NCBI RefSeq assembly: GCF_009914755.1
Contig: NC_060940.1
Source: the human T2T-CHM13v2.0 reference genome, Homo sapiens
Length of the DNA: 64,000 bases
Direction: 5' to 3' (one strand)
Of this stretch, positions 15,201 through 30,540 are shown one piece after another (position 1 is the first letter of the stretch; the number at the start of each line of letters is the position of its first letter). Under the pieces are notes generated by a model that saw only the letters and a program-made list of their open reading frames with translations, ran no database searches and had not been told where the DNA came from. The translations under genes and the position numbers were made by a program.

Positions 15201-18200
15201 CATTCTATTATTCCATTAGATTCCATTCGATGATGATTCCATTCGATTCCATTTGATGATTGCATTCTATTTCATTTGATGATGATTCCATTCGAGTCCA
15301 CTCGATGATTCCATTCGAGTCCATTTAATGAATCCATTGGTTTCAATTCTATGATGATTACATTGGATTCCATTCGTTGATGATTTCATTCGGTTCCATT
15401 CAATGATGATTCCATTCAATTCCTTTCAATGTTTCCATTCAATTCCATACGATGATGATTCCATTTGATTTGATTCGACAGTGAGCCATTCGATTCAATT
15501 CCATGATGATTCTATTTGATTCAATTGGTTGACATTTCCATTCGATTCCATTCGATGATGATTCCCTTTGATTCCGTTCAAAGATGATTCCATTCTAGCC
15601 CATTCAATCATTCCATTCGATTCTATTCAATGATGATTCCATTCATGTCGATTTGGTGATTCCATTTGACTTCATTTGATGATGATTCCTTTCAAGTTCA
15701 TTAGATGATTCCATTCGATTCCATTTGATGATGATCCCATTCGAGTCCATTCAGTGATTCCATTCGTTTCCATTCCATGATGATTCCATTCCTTTCCATT
15801 CAATGATTCCATTCGATTCCGTTTGATGATGATTTCATTCGAGTCCATTTGATGATTCCATTTGATTCCATTCGATGATGATTCCATTCGAGTCCATTCG
15901 ATGATTCTATTCGAATCCATTTGATGATTTCTTTTGATTATATTTGGTGATGATTCCATTGGAGTCCATTCAATGATTCCATTCTATTCCAATCGATGAT
16001 GATTCCATTAGAGTCCATTTAATGATTCCATTTGATTCCAGTCTCTGATGATTACATTCGAGTCCATACGATGATTCCACTCAATTCCATATGATGATGA
16101 TTCCATTTGATTCCATTCGGTGATTCCATTCTATTCTATTCAATGGTGATTCCATTCGAGTACATTAGATGATTCCATTCGTTTCCATTCAATGATGATT
16201 CTATTTGTGTCCCTTAGATGATTCCACATGATTCCATTAGATGATGATACTATTTGAGCCCATCCAATGATTCCCTTCGATTCCATTCGATGAGGATTCC
16301 ATTCGATTCAATTCATTGGTGATTCTATTCAATTCAATTCTTTGATTCCATTCCATTCCATTCGACAATGATTCCATTCGATTTCTTTCGATGATTCCAC
16401 TCGATTCCACTTGACATTGATTCCATTCGATTCCATTCATTGATTCCATTTGATTCCAGTGGGTGATGATTGCCATCGATTCCATTCGATCACTCCATTC
16501 TATTCCATTTGATGATGATTACATTCGATTCCATTTGATGATTCCATCTGATTCTATTCGAGGATTCCATTTGATTCCATTCGATGATGATTCCATTCGA
16601 GTCCATTCGATGATTTCATTCGAGTACATCCAATGATTCCATTCGAGTCCATTAGATGATTCCATTTGATTCCATTTGAAAATGATTCTACTAGAGTCCA
16701 TTCAATGACTCCATTCGAGTCCATTCAACAATTCCATTCGACTCCATTCGATGATTCCATTCGATTCCATTTGATGGTTCCATTCGAGTCCATTTAATCA
16801 TTACAGTCGAGTCCATTTGGTGATTCCACTGGATTTCTTTTGATAATGATACCATTCAATTGCATTTGATGATGATCCCATTCAATTTCATTTGATGATG
16901 ATTCCATTAGAGTCCATTCGATGATTTCATTCGAGTCCCTTCATTGATTCCATCCGATTTCATTGGATGATGACTCCATTCGAGTCCATTCGATGATTCC
17001 ACTCGATTCCATTAGATGACTCCATTGGAGTCCATTTGATTGTTCCATTCGATTCCATTCGATTCCTTTCGAAGATTATTCCATTTGAGTCCATTCGATG
17101 ATGATTCCATTCCATTCCATTCCATGATTCCGTTTGATTCCATTCGATGATTCCCTTCGATTCCTTTCTTTGATGATTCCATTCCATTCCATTCAATGAT
17201 TCCATTCGAATCTATTCCATGATGATTCCTTTCGATTCCATTCGCTGATGTTTCCGTTCAATTCCATTCGATGATGATTCCATTCGATTCCATTCATTGA
17301 GGATTCCATTTGATTCCATTCAATGATGATTCCATTCTATTCCATTCAATGATTGCATTCAATTCCATTCAATGATTATCCCATTAGAGTAAACTCAACG
17401 ATTCCATTCAATACCATTCGATGATGATTCCTTTTGAGTCCATTCAATGATTTCATTCAAGTCCATTTGATGATTCCTTTCAATTCCATTCTATGATGAT
17501 TCCATTCGAGTCCATTCGATGATTCCATTCGATTGCATTCGATGATTCCATTATATTCCATTCAACGGTGATTCCATTCGAGTCCATTCCATGATTCCAT
17601 TAGAGTACATTTAATGATTGCTTTGTTTTCAATTCGAAGATGATTACATTGGATTCCATTCTATGATACCATTCGATTCCATTCAATGATGATTCCACTC
17701 AAATCCATTGGATGATTCCATTCGTGTCCATTCGGTGATTTCATTAGATTCCATTCGAGGATGATTCCATTCGATTCCATTCGATGATTCCATTCAATTC
17801 CATTCGATGATGATTCCATTCCAGTCCATATGATCATTCCATTTGATTTCATTCGATGATGATTCCATTCGATTCGATTCGACGATTCCATTCTATTCCA
17901 TTCGATGATGATTCCATTCGAGTCCATTCGATCATTCCATTCGAGTCCATTTAATGATTCCATTGGGTTCAATTCAATGATGATTACATTGGATTCCGTT
18001 CTATGATTCCATTCAAATCCGTTCATTGACAATTTGATTCCATTCGATGATGATTCCATTTGAGTTCATTCTATGATTCTATTCGATTCTCTTCGATGGT
18101 GATTCAATTCTATTATATTGGATGATTCCATTCGATTCCATTTGATGTTGATTCAATTCGATTCTATTCGATGATGATTCCATTGGATTTCACTTGATGA

Positions 18201-18336
18201 TTCTATTCGATTCCATTCAATGATGATTCACTTCTCGTCCATTGGATGATTCCATTTCATTCCATTCGATGATGATTCCATTCGATTCCATTCGATGATT
18301 CCATTTGATTCCATGCGACGGTGAGCAATTCGATTC
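12225..18336 (+). repeat. HOR copy 3, 6,112 bp (type A)
   Basis: Landmarks 12253->18365; shares private variants with copy 2 (CCAGTGGGTGATG, TTCATTGATTCC near 10.33-10.35 kb and 16.44-16.46 kb). Confidence 0.95.
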
Positions 18337-21300
18337 AATTCCATGATGATTCTATTTGATTCAATTAGATGATGTTTCCATTCGAATCCATTCCATGATT
18401 ATTCCATTGGAATCCATTCGGCGATGATTCCATATGAGTCAATTCAATGATGATTCCATATGGGTCCGTTCGATGATAATTCCATTTGATTTCATTCGAT
18501 GCTTCTATTCTATTCCAGTCGATGATGATTCCGTTGGAGTCCATACGATGATTCCATTTGATTTCATTTGATGATGATTCCATTCGATGATGATTACATT
18601 GGATTCCATTCTATGATTCCATTCAATTCCATTCGTTGATGATTCGATTCCATTCAATGATGATTCCATTTGAGTTCATTCGATGATTCTATTCGATTCC
18701 GTTCGATGGTGATTCAATTCTTTTATATTGGATGATTCCACTCGATTCCATTTGATGATTATTCCATTGGAGTCCACTTAGTGAATCCTTTAGATTCTAC
18801 TCGACGATGATTCCATTCGAGTCCATTCGATGATACCATTCAATTCCATTCGTTGATGCTTCCATTCAAGTGCATTCGATGATATCATTTGATTCCATTT
18901 GATGATAATTCCATTTGATTCCATGCGATGATTCTATTCGATTCCATTCAATGATAATTCCATTCAATTCAGTGATTCCTCTGGACTCCATTTGATGATG
19001 ATTCCATTCAATGATTCCATTCGATTCTATTCGAAAATGATTCCATTTGAATCCATTTGATGATGATTCCATTAGATTCCATTTGATGATTCCATTCGAT
19101 TCCATTCGACGATGATTCCATTCGATTCCGTTTGATGATTCCATTCTATTCTATTCGATGATGATTCCATTCGATTCCATTCGATGATGATTGGATTCGA
19201 TTCCATTTGATGATTTCATTTGATTCCATTCGTTAATGATTTCGATCAATTCCATTCGATGATTCCATTCGATTCCATTCGATAATGATTACATCCGAGT
19301 CCATTCGATGATTCCCTTTGAGCCTGTTCGATAATTCCATTTGAGTCCAACCAATGATTCCATTCATTTCCATTCAATGATTCCATTCGAGTCCATTTGA
19401 TCATTCCGGTAGGGTCCATTCGATGTTGATTCCATTGGAGTGCATTCGATGATTCCATTCGAGTCCATTTTAGGATTTGATTCAAGTCCTTTCGATGATT
19501 CCATTCGATTCCACTCGATGATGATTTCATTCGAGTCCATTCGACACTTCCAATCGATTCCATTTGATGATTCCATTCGAGTCCAATTGATGATTCCATT
19601 CAATTCCATTCGATGATGATTCCCTACGATTCCATTCTGTGATGATTCCATGTGATTGCATTCAATGATGATTCCTTTCGATTGCATTCGATTATGATTC
19701 ATTTCGTGTTCATTCTATGGTTCCACAGGTTTCCATTCGTGTCCATTCCATTATTCCATTCTATTCCATTTGATGATGATTCCATTCGATTCCATTCATT
19801 GGTGATTCCACTCAATTCCATTCAATGATTCCATTCCATTTCTTTCAACAATGATTCCATTAGTTTCTAATCGATGATCCACTTGATTCCATTTGACGAC
19901 GATTCCATTCTTGTCCATTCGATGATTCCATTTGATTCCATATGATGATGATTCCATTCGATTCCATACCATGATGATTCCATTCGAGTCCATTCAATGG
20001 TGATTCCATTCAATTCCATTCGATGATTCCTTTTGATTCCATTCGATGATGATGGCATTCGATTCCTTTCAATCATTCCCTTTGATTCCATTCAAAGGTG
20101 ATTTCATTCAAGTCCATTCGATAATTGCATTCGATTCCATTCTATGATGATTCCATTCGAGTCCATTTGATGATTCCATTCAATTCAAGTCAATGATGAT
20201 TCCATTCGATTCCATTCGATGATTCCATTGGATTCCATTCGATGATGATTCCATTCAAATCCATTCGATAATTCAATTCAAGTCCATTCGATGATGATTC
20301 CAATCGAATCCATTCAAAGATTCCATTCAGTTCCATTCGATGATTCCCTTAGATTCCATTCGATGATTCCACTTGATTGCATTTACGATGATTCCATTCG
20401 ATTCCATGTGATGATTCCATTCAATTCTATTCAATGATGTCTCCATTTGATTCCATTCGACCATGATTGCCTTTGATTCCATTCAATGATTCCATTCGGT
20501 TCCGTTTGATGATGATTCCGTTCGATTCCATTTGATGATTCCATTTGATTCCATTGGATGAGTCCATTCGATTACATTCGATGATTATTCCATTCGAGTG
20601 CATTAGATGATTCCATTCGAGTCCATTCGATGATTCCATTCGATTCCATTCGATGTTGATTCTGTTCAAATCCATTCGATGATTCCACTCGATTCCATTC
20701 GTTGACTCCATTTGATCCCATTCGATGATTTCCTTTGATTCCCTTTGATGATCATTCCATTTGATTCAATTCGGTGATTTCATTTGATTCCATTCAGTGA
20801 TGTTTCCATTCGACTCCATTCGATGATGATTCCATTCGACTCCATTCGATTATGATTTCATTCAATTCCATTCGATAATGATTCCCTTCGAGTCCATTCG
20901 ATGATTCCATTCGATTCCATTCAACGATGATTTGATTCGTGTCCATTCGATGATTCCATTTGATTCCACTTGATGATGATTCCATTCGAGTCCATTTGAT
21001 GATTCCATTCAATTCCATACTCCGATGATTTCTTTTGAGCCCACTCAATGCTTCCACTCGATTCCATATGATGATGACTCCATTCGATGAAATTCGATGA
21101 TGATTCCATTCGCTTGCTTTCGATGATGATTCCACTTGAGTCCGTTAGAAGATTCTATTCAATTACATTCCATGACGATTCCGTTCGAGTCCATTTGATG
21201 ATTCCATTAGACTCCATTCGACGATGATTCCATTCGATGTTATTCGATGATTCCATTCGATCTCATTCGATGATGATTCCATTCAACTCCATTCGATGTT

Positions 21301-24300
21301 TCCATTCGAGTTCATTCTATTATTCCATTAGATTCCATTCGATGATGATTCCATTCGATTCCATTTGATGATTGCATTCTATTTCATTTGATGATGATTC
21401 CATTCGAGTCCACTCGATGATTCCATTCGAGTCCATTTAATGAATCCATTGGTTTCAATTCTATGATGATTACATTGGATTCCATTCGTTGATGATTTCA
21501 TTCGGTTCCATTCAATGATGATTCCATTCAATTCCTTTCAATGTTTCCATTCAATTCCATACGATGATGATTCCATTTGATTTGATTCGACAGTGAGCCA
21601 TTCGATTCAATTCCATGATGATTCTATTTGATTCAATTGGTTGACATTTCCATTCGATTCCATTCGATGATGATTCCCTTTGATTCCGTTCCAAGATGAT
21701 TCCATTCTAGCCCATTCAATCATTCCATTCGATTCTATTCAATGATGATTCCATTCATGTCGATTTGGTGATTCCATTTGACTTCATTTGATGATGATTC
21801 CTTTCAAGTTCATTAGATGATTCCATTCGATTCCATTTGATGATGATCCCATTCGAGTCCATTCAGTGATTCCATTCGTTTCCATTCCATGATGATTCCA
21901 TTCCTTTCCATTCAATGATTCCATTCGATTCCGTTTGATGATGATTTCATTCGAGTCCATTTGATGATTCCATTTGATTCCATTCGATGATGATTCCATT
22001 CGAGTCCATTCGATGATTCTATTCGAATCCATTTGATGATTTCTTTTGATTATATTTGGTGATGATTCCATTGGAGTCCATTCAATGATTCCATTCTATT
22101 CCAATCGATGATGATTTCATTCGAGTCCATTTGATGATTCCATTTGATTCCATTTGATGATGATTACCTTCGAGTCCATACGATGATTCCACTCAATTCC
22201 ATATGATGATGATTCCATTCGATTCCATTCGATGATTCCAGTCTATTCTATTCAATGGTGATTCCATTCGAGTACATTAGATGATTCCATTCGATTCCAT
22301 TCAATGATGATTCTATTTGTGTCCCTTAGATGGTTCCACATGATTCCATTTCATGATGATACTATTTGAGCCCATCCAATGATTCCCTTCGATTCCATTC
22401 GATGAGGATTCCATTCGATTCATTTCATTGGTGATTCTATTCAATTCAATTCTTTGATTCCATTCCATTCCATTCGACAATGATTCCATTCGATTTCTTT
22501 CGATGATTCCACTCGATTCCACTTGACATTGATTCCATTCGATTCCATTCAATGATTCCGTTTGATTCCAGTGGATGATGATTGCCATCGATTCCATTCG
22601 ATCACTCCATTCTATTCCATTTGATGATGATTACATTCGATTCCATTTGATGATTCCATCTGATTCTATTCGAGGATTCCATTTGATTCCATTCGATGAT
22701 GATTCCATTCGAGTGCATTCGATGATTTCATTCGAGTACATCCAATGATTCCATTCGAGTCCATTTGATGATTCCATTTGATTCCATTTGATTATGATTC
22801 TACTAGAGTCCATTCAATGACTCCATTCGAATCCATTCAACAATTCCATTCGAGGCCATTCGATGATTCCATTTCATGATTCCATTCGAGTCCATTTAAT
22901 CATTACAGTCGAGTCCATTTGGTGATTCCACTGGATTTCTTTTGATAATGATACCATTCAATTACATTTGATGATGATCCCATTCAATTTCATTTGATGG
23001 TGATTCCATTAGAGTCCATTCGATGATTTCATTCGAGTCCCTTCATTGATTCCATCCGATTTCATTGGATGATGACTCCATTCGAGTCCATTCGACGATT
23101 CCACTCGATTCCATTAGATGATTCCATTGGAGTCCATTTGATTGTTCCATTCGATTCTATTCGATTCCTTTCGAAGATTATTCCGTTTGAGTCCATTCGA
23201 TGATGATTCCATTCCATTCCATTCGATGATTCCGTTTGATTCCATTCGATGATTCCCTTCGATTCCTTTCTTTGATGATTCCATTCCATTCCATTCAATG
23301 ATTCCATTCGAATCTATTCCATGATGATTCCTTTCGATTCCATTCGCTGATGTTTCCGTTCAATTCCATTCGATGATGATTCCATTCGATTCCATTCATT
23401 GAGGATTCCATTTGATTCCATTCAATGATGATTCCATTCTATTCCATTCAATGATTGCATTCAATTCCATTCAATGATTATCCCCTTAGAGTAAACTCAA
23501 CGATTCCATTCAATACCATTCGATGATGATTCCTTTTGAGTCCATTCAATGATTTCATTCAAGTCCATTTGATGATTCCTTTCAATTCCATTCTATGATG
23601 ATTCCATTCGAGTCCATTCGATGATTCCATTCGATTGCATTCGATTATTCCATCATATTCCAGTCAACGATGATTCCATTCGAGTCCATTCGATGATTCC
23701 ATTAGAGTACATTTAATGATTGCTTTGTTTTCAATTCGAAGATGATTACATTGGATTCCATTCTATGATACCATTCGATTCCATTCAATGATGATTCCAC
23801 TCAAATCCATTGGATGATTCCATTCGTGTCCATTCGGTGATTTCATTAGATTCCATTCGAGGATGATTCCATTCGATTCCATTCGATGATTCCATTCAAT
23901 TCCATTTGATGATGATTCCATTCCAGCCCATATGATCATTCCATTTGATTTCATTCGATGATGATTCCATTCGATTCCATTCGATGATTCCATTCTATTC
24001 CATTCGATGATGATTCCATTCGAGTCCATTCGATGATTCCATTCGAGTCCATTTAATGATTCCATTGGGTTCAATTCAATGATGATTACATTGGATTCCG
24101 TTCTATGATTCCATTCAATTCCGTTCATTGACAATTTGATTCCATTCGATGATGATTCCATTTGAGTTCATTCGATGATTCTATTCGATTCTCTTCGATG
24201 GTGATTCAATTCTATTATATTGGATGATTCCATTCGATTCCATTTGATGTTGATTCAATTCGATTCTATTCGATGATGATTCCATTGGATTTCACTTGAT

Positions 24301-24438
24301 GATTCTATTCGATTCCATTCAATGATGATTCACTTCTCGTCCATTGGATGATTCCATTTCATTCCATTCGATGATGATTCCATTCGATTCCATTCGATGA
24401 CTCCATTTGATTCCATGCGTCGGTGAGCAATTCGATTC
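18337..24438 (+). repeat. HOR copy 4, 6,102 bp (type A left part, type B right part; 10-bp deletion near 22,870)
   Basis: Offset 4295 landmark is unshifted (22631) but the offset 4736 landmark is shifted by -10 (23062). Variant sequence starts near 22,115. Confidence 0.9.
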
Positions 24439-27400
24439 AATTCCATGATGATTCTATTTGATTCAATTAGATGATGTTTCCATTCGAATCCATTCCATGA
24501 TTATTCCATTGGAATCCATTCGGCGATGATTCCATATGAGTCAATTCAATGATGATTCCATATGTGTCCGTTCGATGATAATTCCATTTGATTTCATTCG
24601 GTGCTTCTATTCAATTCCAGTCGATGATGATTCCGTTGGAGTCCATACGATGATTCCATTTGATTTCATTTGATGATGATTCCATTCGATGATGATTACA
24701 TTGGATTCCATTCTATGATTCCATTCAATTCCATTCGTTGATGATTCGATTCCATTCAATGATGATTCCATTTGAGTTCATTCGATGATTCTATTCGATT
24801 CCGTTCGATGGTGATTCAATTCTCTTATATTGGATGAATCCACTCGATTCCATTTGATGATTATTCCATTGGAGTCCACTTAGTGAATCCTTCAGATTCT
24901 ACTCGAAGATGATTCCATTCAAGTCCATTCGATGATACCATTCAATTCCATTCGTTGATGCTTCCATTCAAGTGCATTCGATGATATCATTCGATTCCAT
25001 TTGATGATAATTCCATTTGATTCCATGCGATGATTCTATTCGATTCCATTCAATGATAATTCCATTCAGTTCAGTGATTCCTCTGGACTCCATTTGATGA
25101 TGATTCCATTCAATGATTCCATTCGATTCTATTCGAAAATGATTCCATTTGAATCCATTTGATGATGATTCCATTAGATTCCATTTGATGATTCCATTCG
25201 ATTCCATGCGACGATGATTCCATTCGATTCCATGTGATGATTCCATTCTATTCTATTCGATGATGATTCCATTCGATTCCATTCGATGATGATTGGATTC
25301 GATTCCATTTGATGTTTTCATTTGATTCCATTCGTTAATGATTTCGATCAATTCCATTCGATGATTCCATTCGATTCCATTCGATAATGATTACATCCGT
25401 GTCCATTCAGTGATTCCATTTGAGCCTGTTCGATAATTCCATTTGAGTCCAACCAATGATTCCATTCATTTCCATTCAATGATTCCATTCGAGTCCATTT
25501 GATCATTCCGGTAGGGTCCATTCGATGTTGATTCCATTGGAGTGCATTCGATGATTCCATTCGAGTCCATTTTAGGATTTGATTCGAGTCCTTTCGATGA
25601 TTCCATTCGATTCCACTCGATGATGATTTCATTCGAGTCCATTCGACACTTCCAATCGATTCCATTTGATGTTTCCATTCGAGTCCAATTGATGATTCCA
25701 TTCAATTCCATTCGATGATGATTCCGTACGATTCCATTCTGTGATGATTCCATGTGATTGCATTCAATGATGATTCCTTTAGATTGCATTCGATTGTGAT
25801 TCATTTCGTCTTCATTCTATGGTTCCACAGGTTTCCATTCGTGTCCATTCCATTATTCCATTCTATTCCGTTTGATGATGATTCCATTCGATTCCATTCA
25901 TTGGTGATTCCACTCAATTCCATTCAATGATTCCATTCCATTTCTTTCAACAATGATTCCATTAGTTTCTAATCGATGATCCACTTGATTCCATTTGACG
26001 ACGATTCCATTCTTGTCCATTCGATGATTCCATTTGATTCCATATGATGATGATTCCATTCGATTCCATACGATGATGATTCCATTCGAGTCCATTCAAT
26101 GGTGATTCCATTCAATTCCATTCGATGATTCCTTTCGATTCCATTCGATGATGATGGCATTCGATTCCTTTCAATCATTCCCTTTGATTCCATTCAAAGG
26201 TGATTTCATTCAAGTCCATTCGATAATTGCATTCGATTCCATTCTATGATGATTCCATTCGAGTCCATTTGATGATTCCATTCAATTCAAGTCAATGATG
26301 ATTCCATTCGATTCCATTCGATGATTCCATTGGATTCCATTCGATGATGATTCCATTCAAATCCATTCGATAATTCAATTCAAGTCCATTCGGTGATGAT
26401 TAAAATCGAATCCATTCAAAGATTCCATTCAGTTCCATTCGATGATTCCCTTAGATTCCATTCGATGATTCCACTTGATTCCATTTACGATGATTCCATT
26501 CGATTCCATGTGATGATTCCATTCAATTCTATTCAATGCTGTTTCCATTTGATTCCATTCGACCATGATTGCCTTTGATTCCATTCAATGACTCCATTCG
26601 GTTCCTTTTGATGATGATTCCGTTCGATTCCATTTCATTATTCCATTTGAGTCCATTGGATGAGTCCATTCGATTACATTCGATGATTATTCCATTCGAG
26701 TGCATTAGATGATTCCATTCGAGTCCATTCGATGATTCCATTCGATTCCATTCGATGTTGATTCTGTTCAAATCCATTCGATGATTCCACTCGATTCCAT
26801 TCGATGACTCCAGTTGATCCCATTCGATGATTTCCTTTGATTCCCTTTGATGATCATTCCATTTGATTCAATTCGGTGATTTCATTTGATTCCATTCAGT
26901 GATGTTTCCATTCGACTCCATTCGATGATGATTCCATTCGACTCCATTCGATTATGATTTCATTCAATTCCATTCGATAATGATTCCCTTCGAGTCCATT
27001 CGATGATTCCATTCGATTCCATTCAACGATGATTTGATTCGTGTCCATTCGATGATTCCATTTGATTCCACTTGATGATGATTCCATTCGAGTCCATTTG
27101 ATGATTCCATTCAATTCCATTCTCCGATGATTTCTTTTGAGCCCATTCAATGCTTCCACTCGATTCCATATGATGATGACTCCATTCGATGAAATTCGAT
27201 GATGATTCCCTTCGCTTGCATTCGATGATGATTCCACTTGAGTCCATTAGAAGATTCTATTCAATTACATTCCATGACGATTCCGTTCGAGTCCATTTGA
27301 TGATTCCATTAGACTCCATTCGACGATGATTCCATTCGATGTTATTCGATGATTCCATTCGATCTCATTCGATGATGATTCCATTCAACTCCATTCGATG

Positions 27401-30400
27401 TTTCCATTCGAGTTCATTCTATTATTCCATTAGATTCCATTCGATGATGATTCCATTCGATTCCATTTGATGATTGCATTCTATTTCATTTGATGATGAT
27501 TCCATTCGAGTCCACTCGATGATTCCATTCGAGTCCATTTCATGAATCCATTGGTTTCAATTCTATGATGATTACATTGGATTCCATTCGTTGATGATTT
27601 CATTCGGTTCCATTCAATGATGATTCCATTCAATTCCTTTCAATGTTTCCATTCAATTCCATACGATGATGATTCCATTTGATTTGATTCGACAGTGAGC
27701 CATTCGATTCAATTCCATGATGATTCTATTTGATTCAATTGGTTGACATTTCCATTCGATTCCATTCGATGATGATTCCCTTTGATTCCGTTCCAAGATG
27801 ATTCCATTCTAGCCCATTCAATCATTCCATTCGATTCTATTCAATGATGATTCCATTCATGTCGATTTGGTGATTCCATTTGACTTCATTTGATGATGAT
27901 TCCTTTCAAGTTCATTAGATGATTCCATTCGATTCCATTTGATGATGATCCCATTCGAGTCCATTCAGTGATTCCATTCGTTTCCATTCCATGATGATTC
28001 CATTCCTTTCCATTCAATGATTCCATTCGATTCCGTTTGATGATGATTTCATTCGAGTCCATTTGATGATTCCATTTGATTCCATTCGATGATGATTCCA
28101 TTCGAGTCCATTCGATGATTCTATTCGAATCCATTTGATGATTTCTTTTGATTATATTTGGTGATGATTCCATTGGAGTCCATTCAATGATTCCATTCTA
28201 TTCCAATCGATGATGATTTCATTCGAGTCCATTTGATGATTCCATTTGATTCCATTTGATGATGATTACCTTCGAGTCCATACGATGATTCCACTCAATT
28301 CCATATGATGATGATTCCATTCGATTCCATTCGATGATTCCAGTCTATTCTATTCAATGGTGATTCCATTCGAGTACATTAGATGATTCCATTCGATTCC
28401 ATTCAATGATGATTCTATTTGTGTCCCTTAGATGGTTCCACATGATTCCATTTCATGATGATACTATTTGAGCCCATCCAATGATTCCCTTCGATTCCAT
28501 TCGATGAGGATTCCATTCGATTCATTTCATTGGTGATTCTATTCAATTCAATTCTTTGATTCCATTCCATTCCATTCGACAATGATTCCATTCGATTTCT
28601 TTCGATGATTCCACTCGATTCCACTTGACATTGATTCCATTCGATTCCATTCAATGATTCCGTTTGATTCCAGTGGATGATGATTGCCATCGATTCCATT
28701 CGATCACTCCATTCTATTCCATTTGATGATGATTACATTCGATTCCATTTGATGATTCCATCTGATTCTATTCGAGGATTCCATTTGATTCCATTCGATG
28801 ATGATTCCATTCGAGTGCATTCGATGATTTCATTCGAGTACATCCAATGATTCCATTCGAGTCCATTTGATGATTCCATTTGATTCCATTTGATTATGAT
28901 TCTACTAGAGTCCATTCAATGACTCCATTCGAATCCATTCAACAATTCCATTCGAGGCCATTCGATGATTCCATTTCATGATTCCATTCGAGTCCATTTA
29001 ATCATTACAGTCGAGTCCATTTGGTGATTCCACTGGATTTCTTTTGATAATGATACCATTCAATTACATTTGATGATGATCCCATTCAATTTCATTTGAT
29101 GGTGATTCCATTAGAGTCCATTCGATGATTTCATTCGAGTCCCTTCATTGATTCCATCCGATTTCATTGGATGATGACTCCATTCGAGTCCATTCGACGA
29201 TTCCACTCGATTCCATTAGATGATTCCATTGGAGTCCATTTGATTGTTCCATTCGATTCTATTCGATTCCTTTCGAAGATTATTCCGTTTGAGTCCATTC
29301 GATGATGATTCCATTCCATTCCATTCGATGATTCCGTTTGATTCCATTCGATGATTCCCTTCGATTCCTTTCTTTGATGATTCCATTCCATTCCATTCAA
29401 TGATTCCATTCGAATCTATTCCATGATGATTCCTTTCGATTCCATTCGCTGATGTTTCCGTTCAATTCCATTCGATGATGATTCCATTCGATTCCATTCA
29501 TTGAGGATTCCATTTGATTCCATTCAATGATGATTCCATTCTATTCCATTCAATGATTGCATTCAATTCCATTCAATGATTATCCCCTTAGAGTAAACTC
29601 AACGATTCCATTCAATACCATTCGATGATGATTCCTTTTGAGTCCATTCAATGATTTCATTCAAGTCCATTTGATGATTCCTTTCAATTCCATTCTATGA
29701 TGATTCCATTCGAGTCCATTCGATGATTCCATTCGATTGCATTCGATTATTCCATCATATTCCAGTCAACGATGATTCCATTCGAGTCCATTCGATGATT
29801 CCATTAGAGTACATTTAATGATTGCTTTGTTTTCAATTCGAAGATGATTACATTGGATTCCATTCTATGATACCATTCGATTCCATTCAATGATGATTCC
29901 ACTCAAATCCATTGGATGATTCCATTCGTGTCCATTCGGTGATTTCATTAGATTCCATTCGAGGATGATTCCATTCGATTCCATTCGATGATTCCATTCA
30001 ATTCCATTTGATGATGATTCCATTCCAGTCCATATGATCATTCCATTTGATTTCATTCGATGATGATTCCATTCGATTCCATTCGATGATTCCATTCTAT
30101 TCCATTCGATGATGATTCCATTCGAGTCCATTCGATGATTCCATTCGAGTCCATTTAATGATTCCATTGGGTTCAATTCAATGATGATTACATTGGATTC
30201 CGTTCTATGATTCCATTCAATTCCGTTCATTGACAATTTGATTCCATTCGATGATGATTCCATTTGAGTTCATTCGATGATTCTATTCGATTCTCTTCGA
30301 TGGTGATTCAATTCTATTATATTGGATGATTCCATTCGATTCCATTTGATGTTGATTCAATTCGATTCTATTCGATGATGATTCCATTGGATTTCACTTG

Positions 30401-30540
30401 ATGATTCTATTCGATTCCATTCAATGATGATTCACTTCTCGTCCATTGGATGATTCCATTTCATTCCATTCGATGATGATTCCATTCGATTCCATTCGAT
30501 GACTCCATTTGATTCCATGCGTCGGTGAGCAATTCGATTC
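24439..30540 (+). repeat. HOR copy 5, 6,102 bp (largely type B; 10-bp deletion near 28,975)
   Basis: Landmarks 24968->31070 and 23062->29164 differ by 6,102; the unit start motif recurs exactly at 30,541. Confidence 0.9.
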
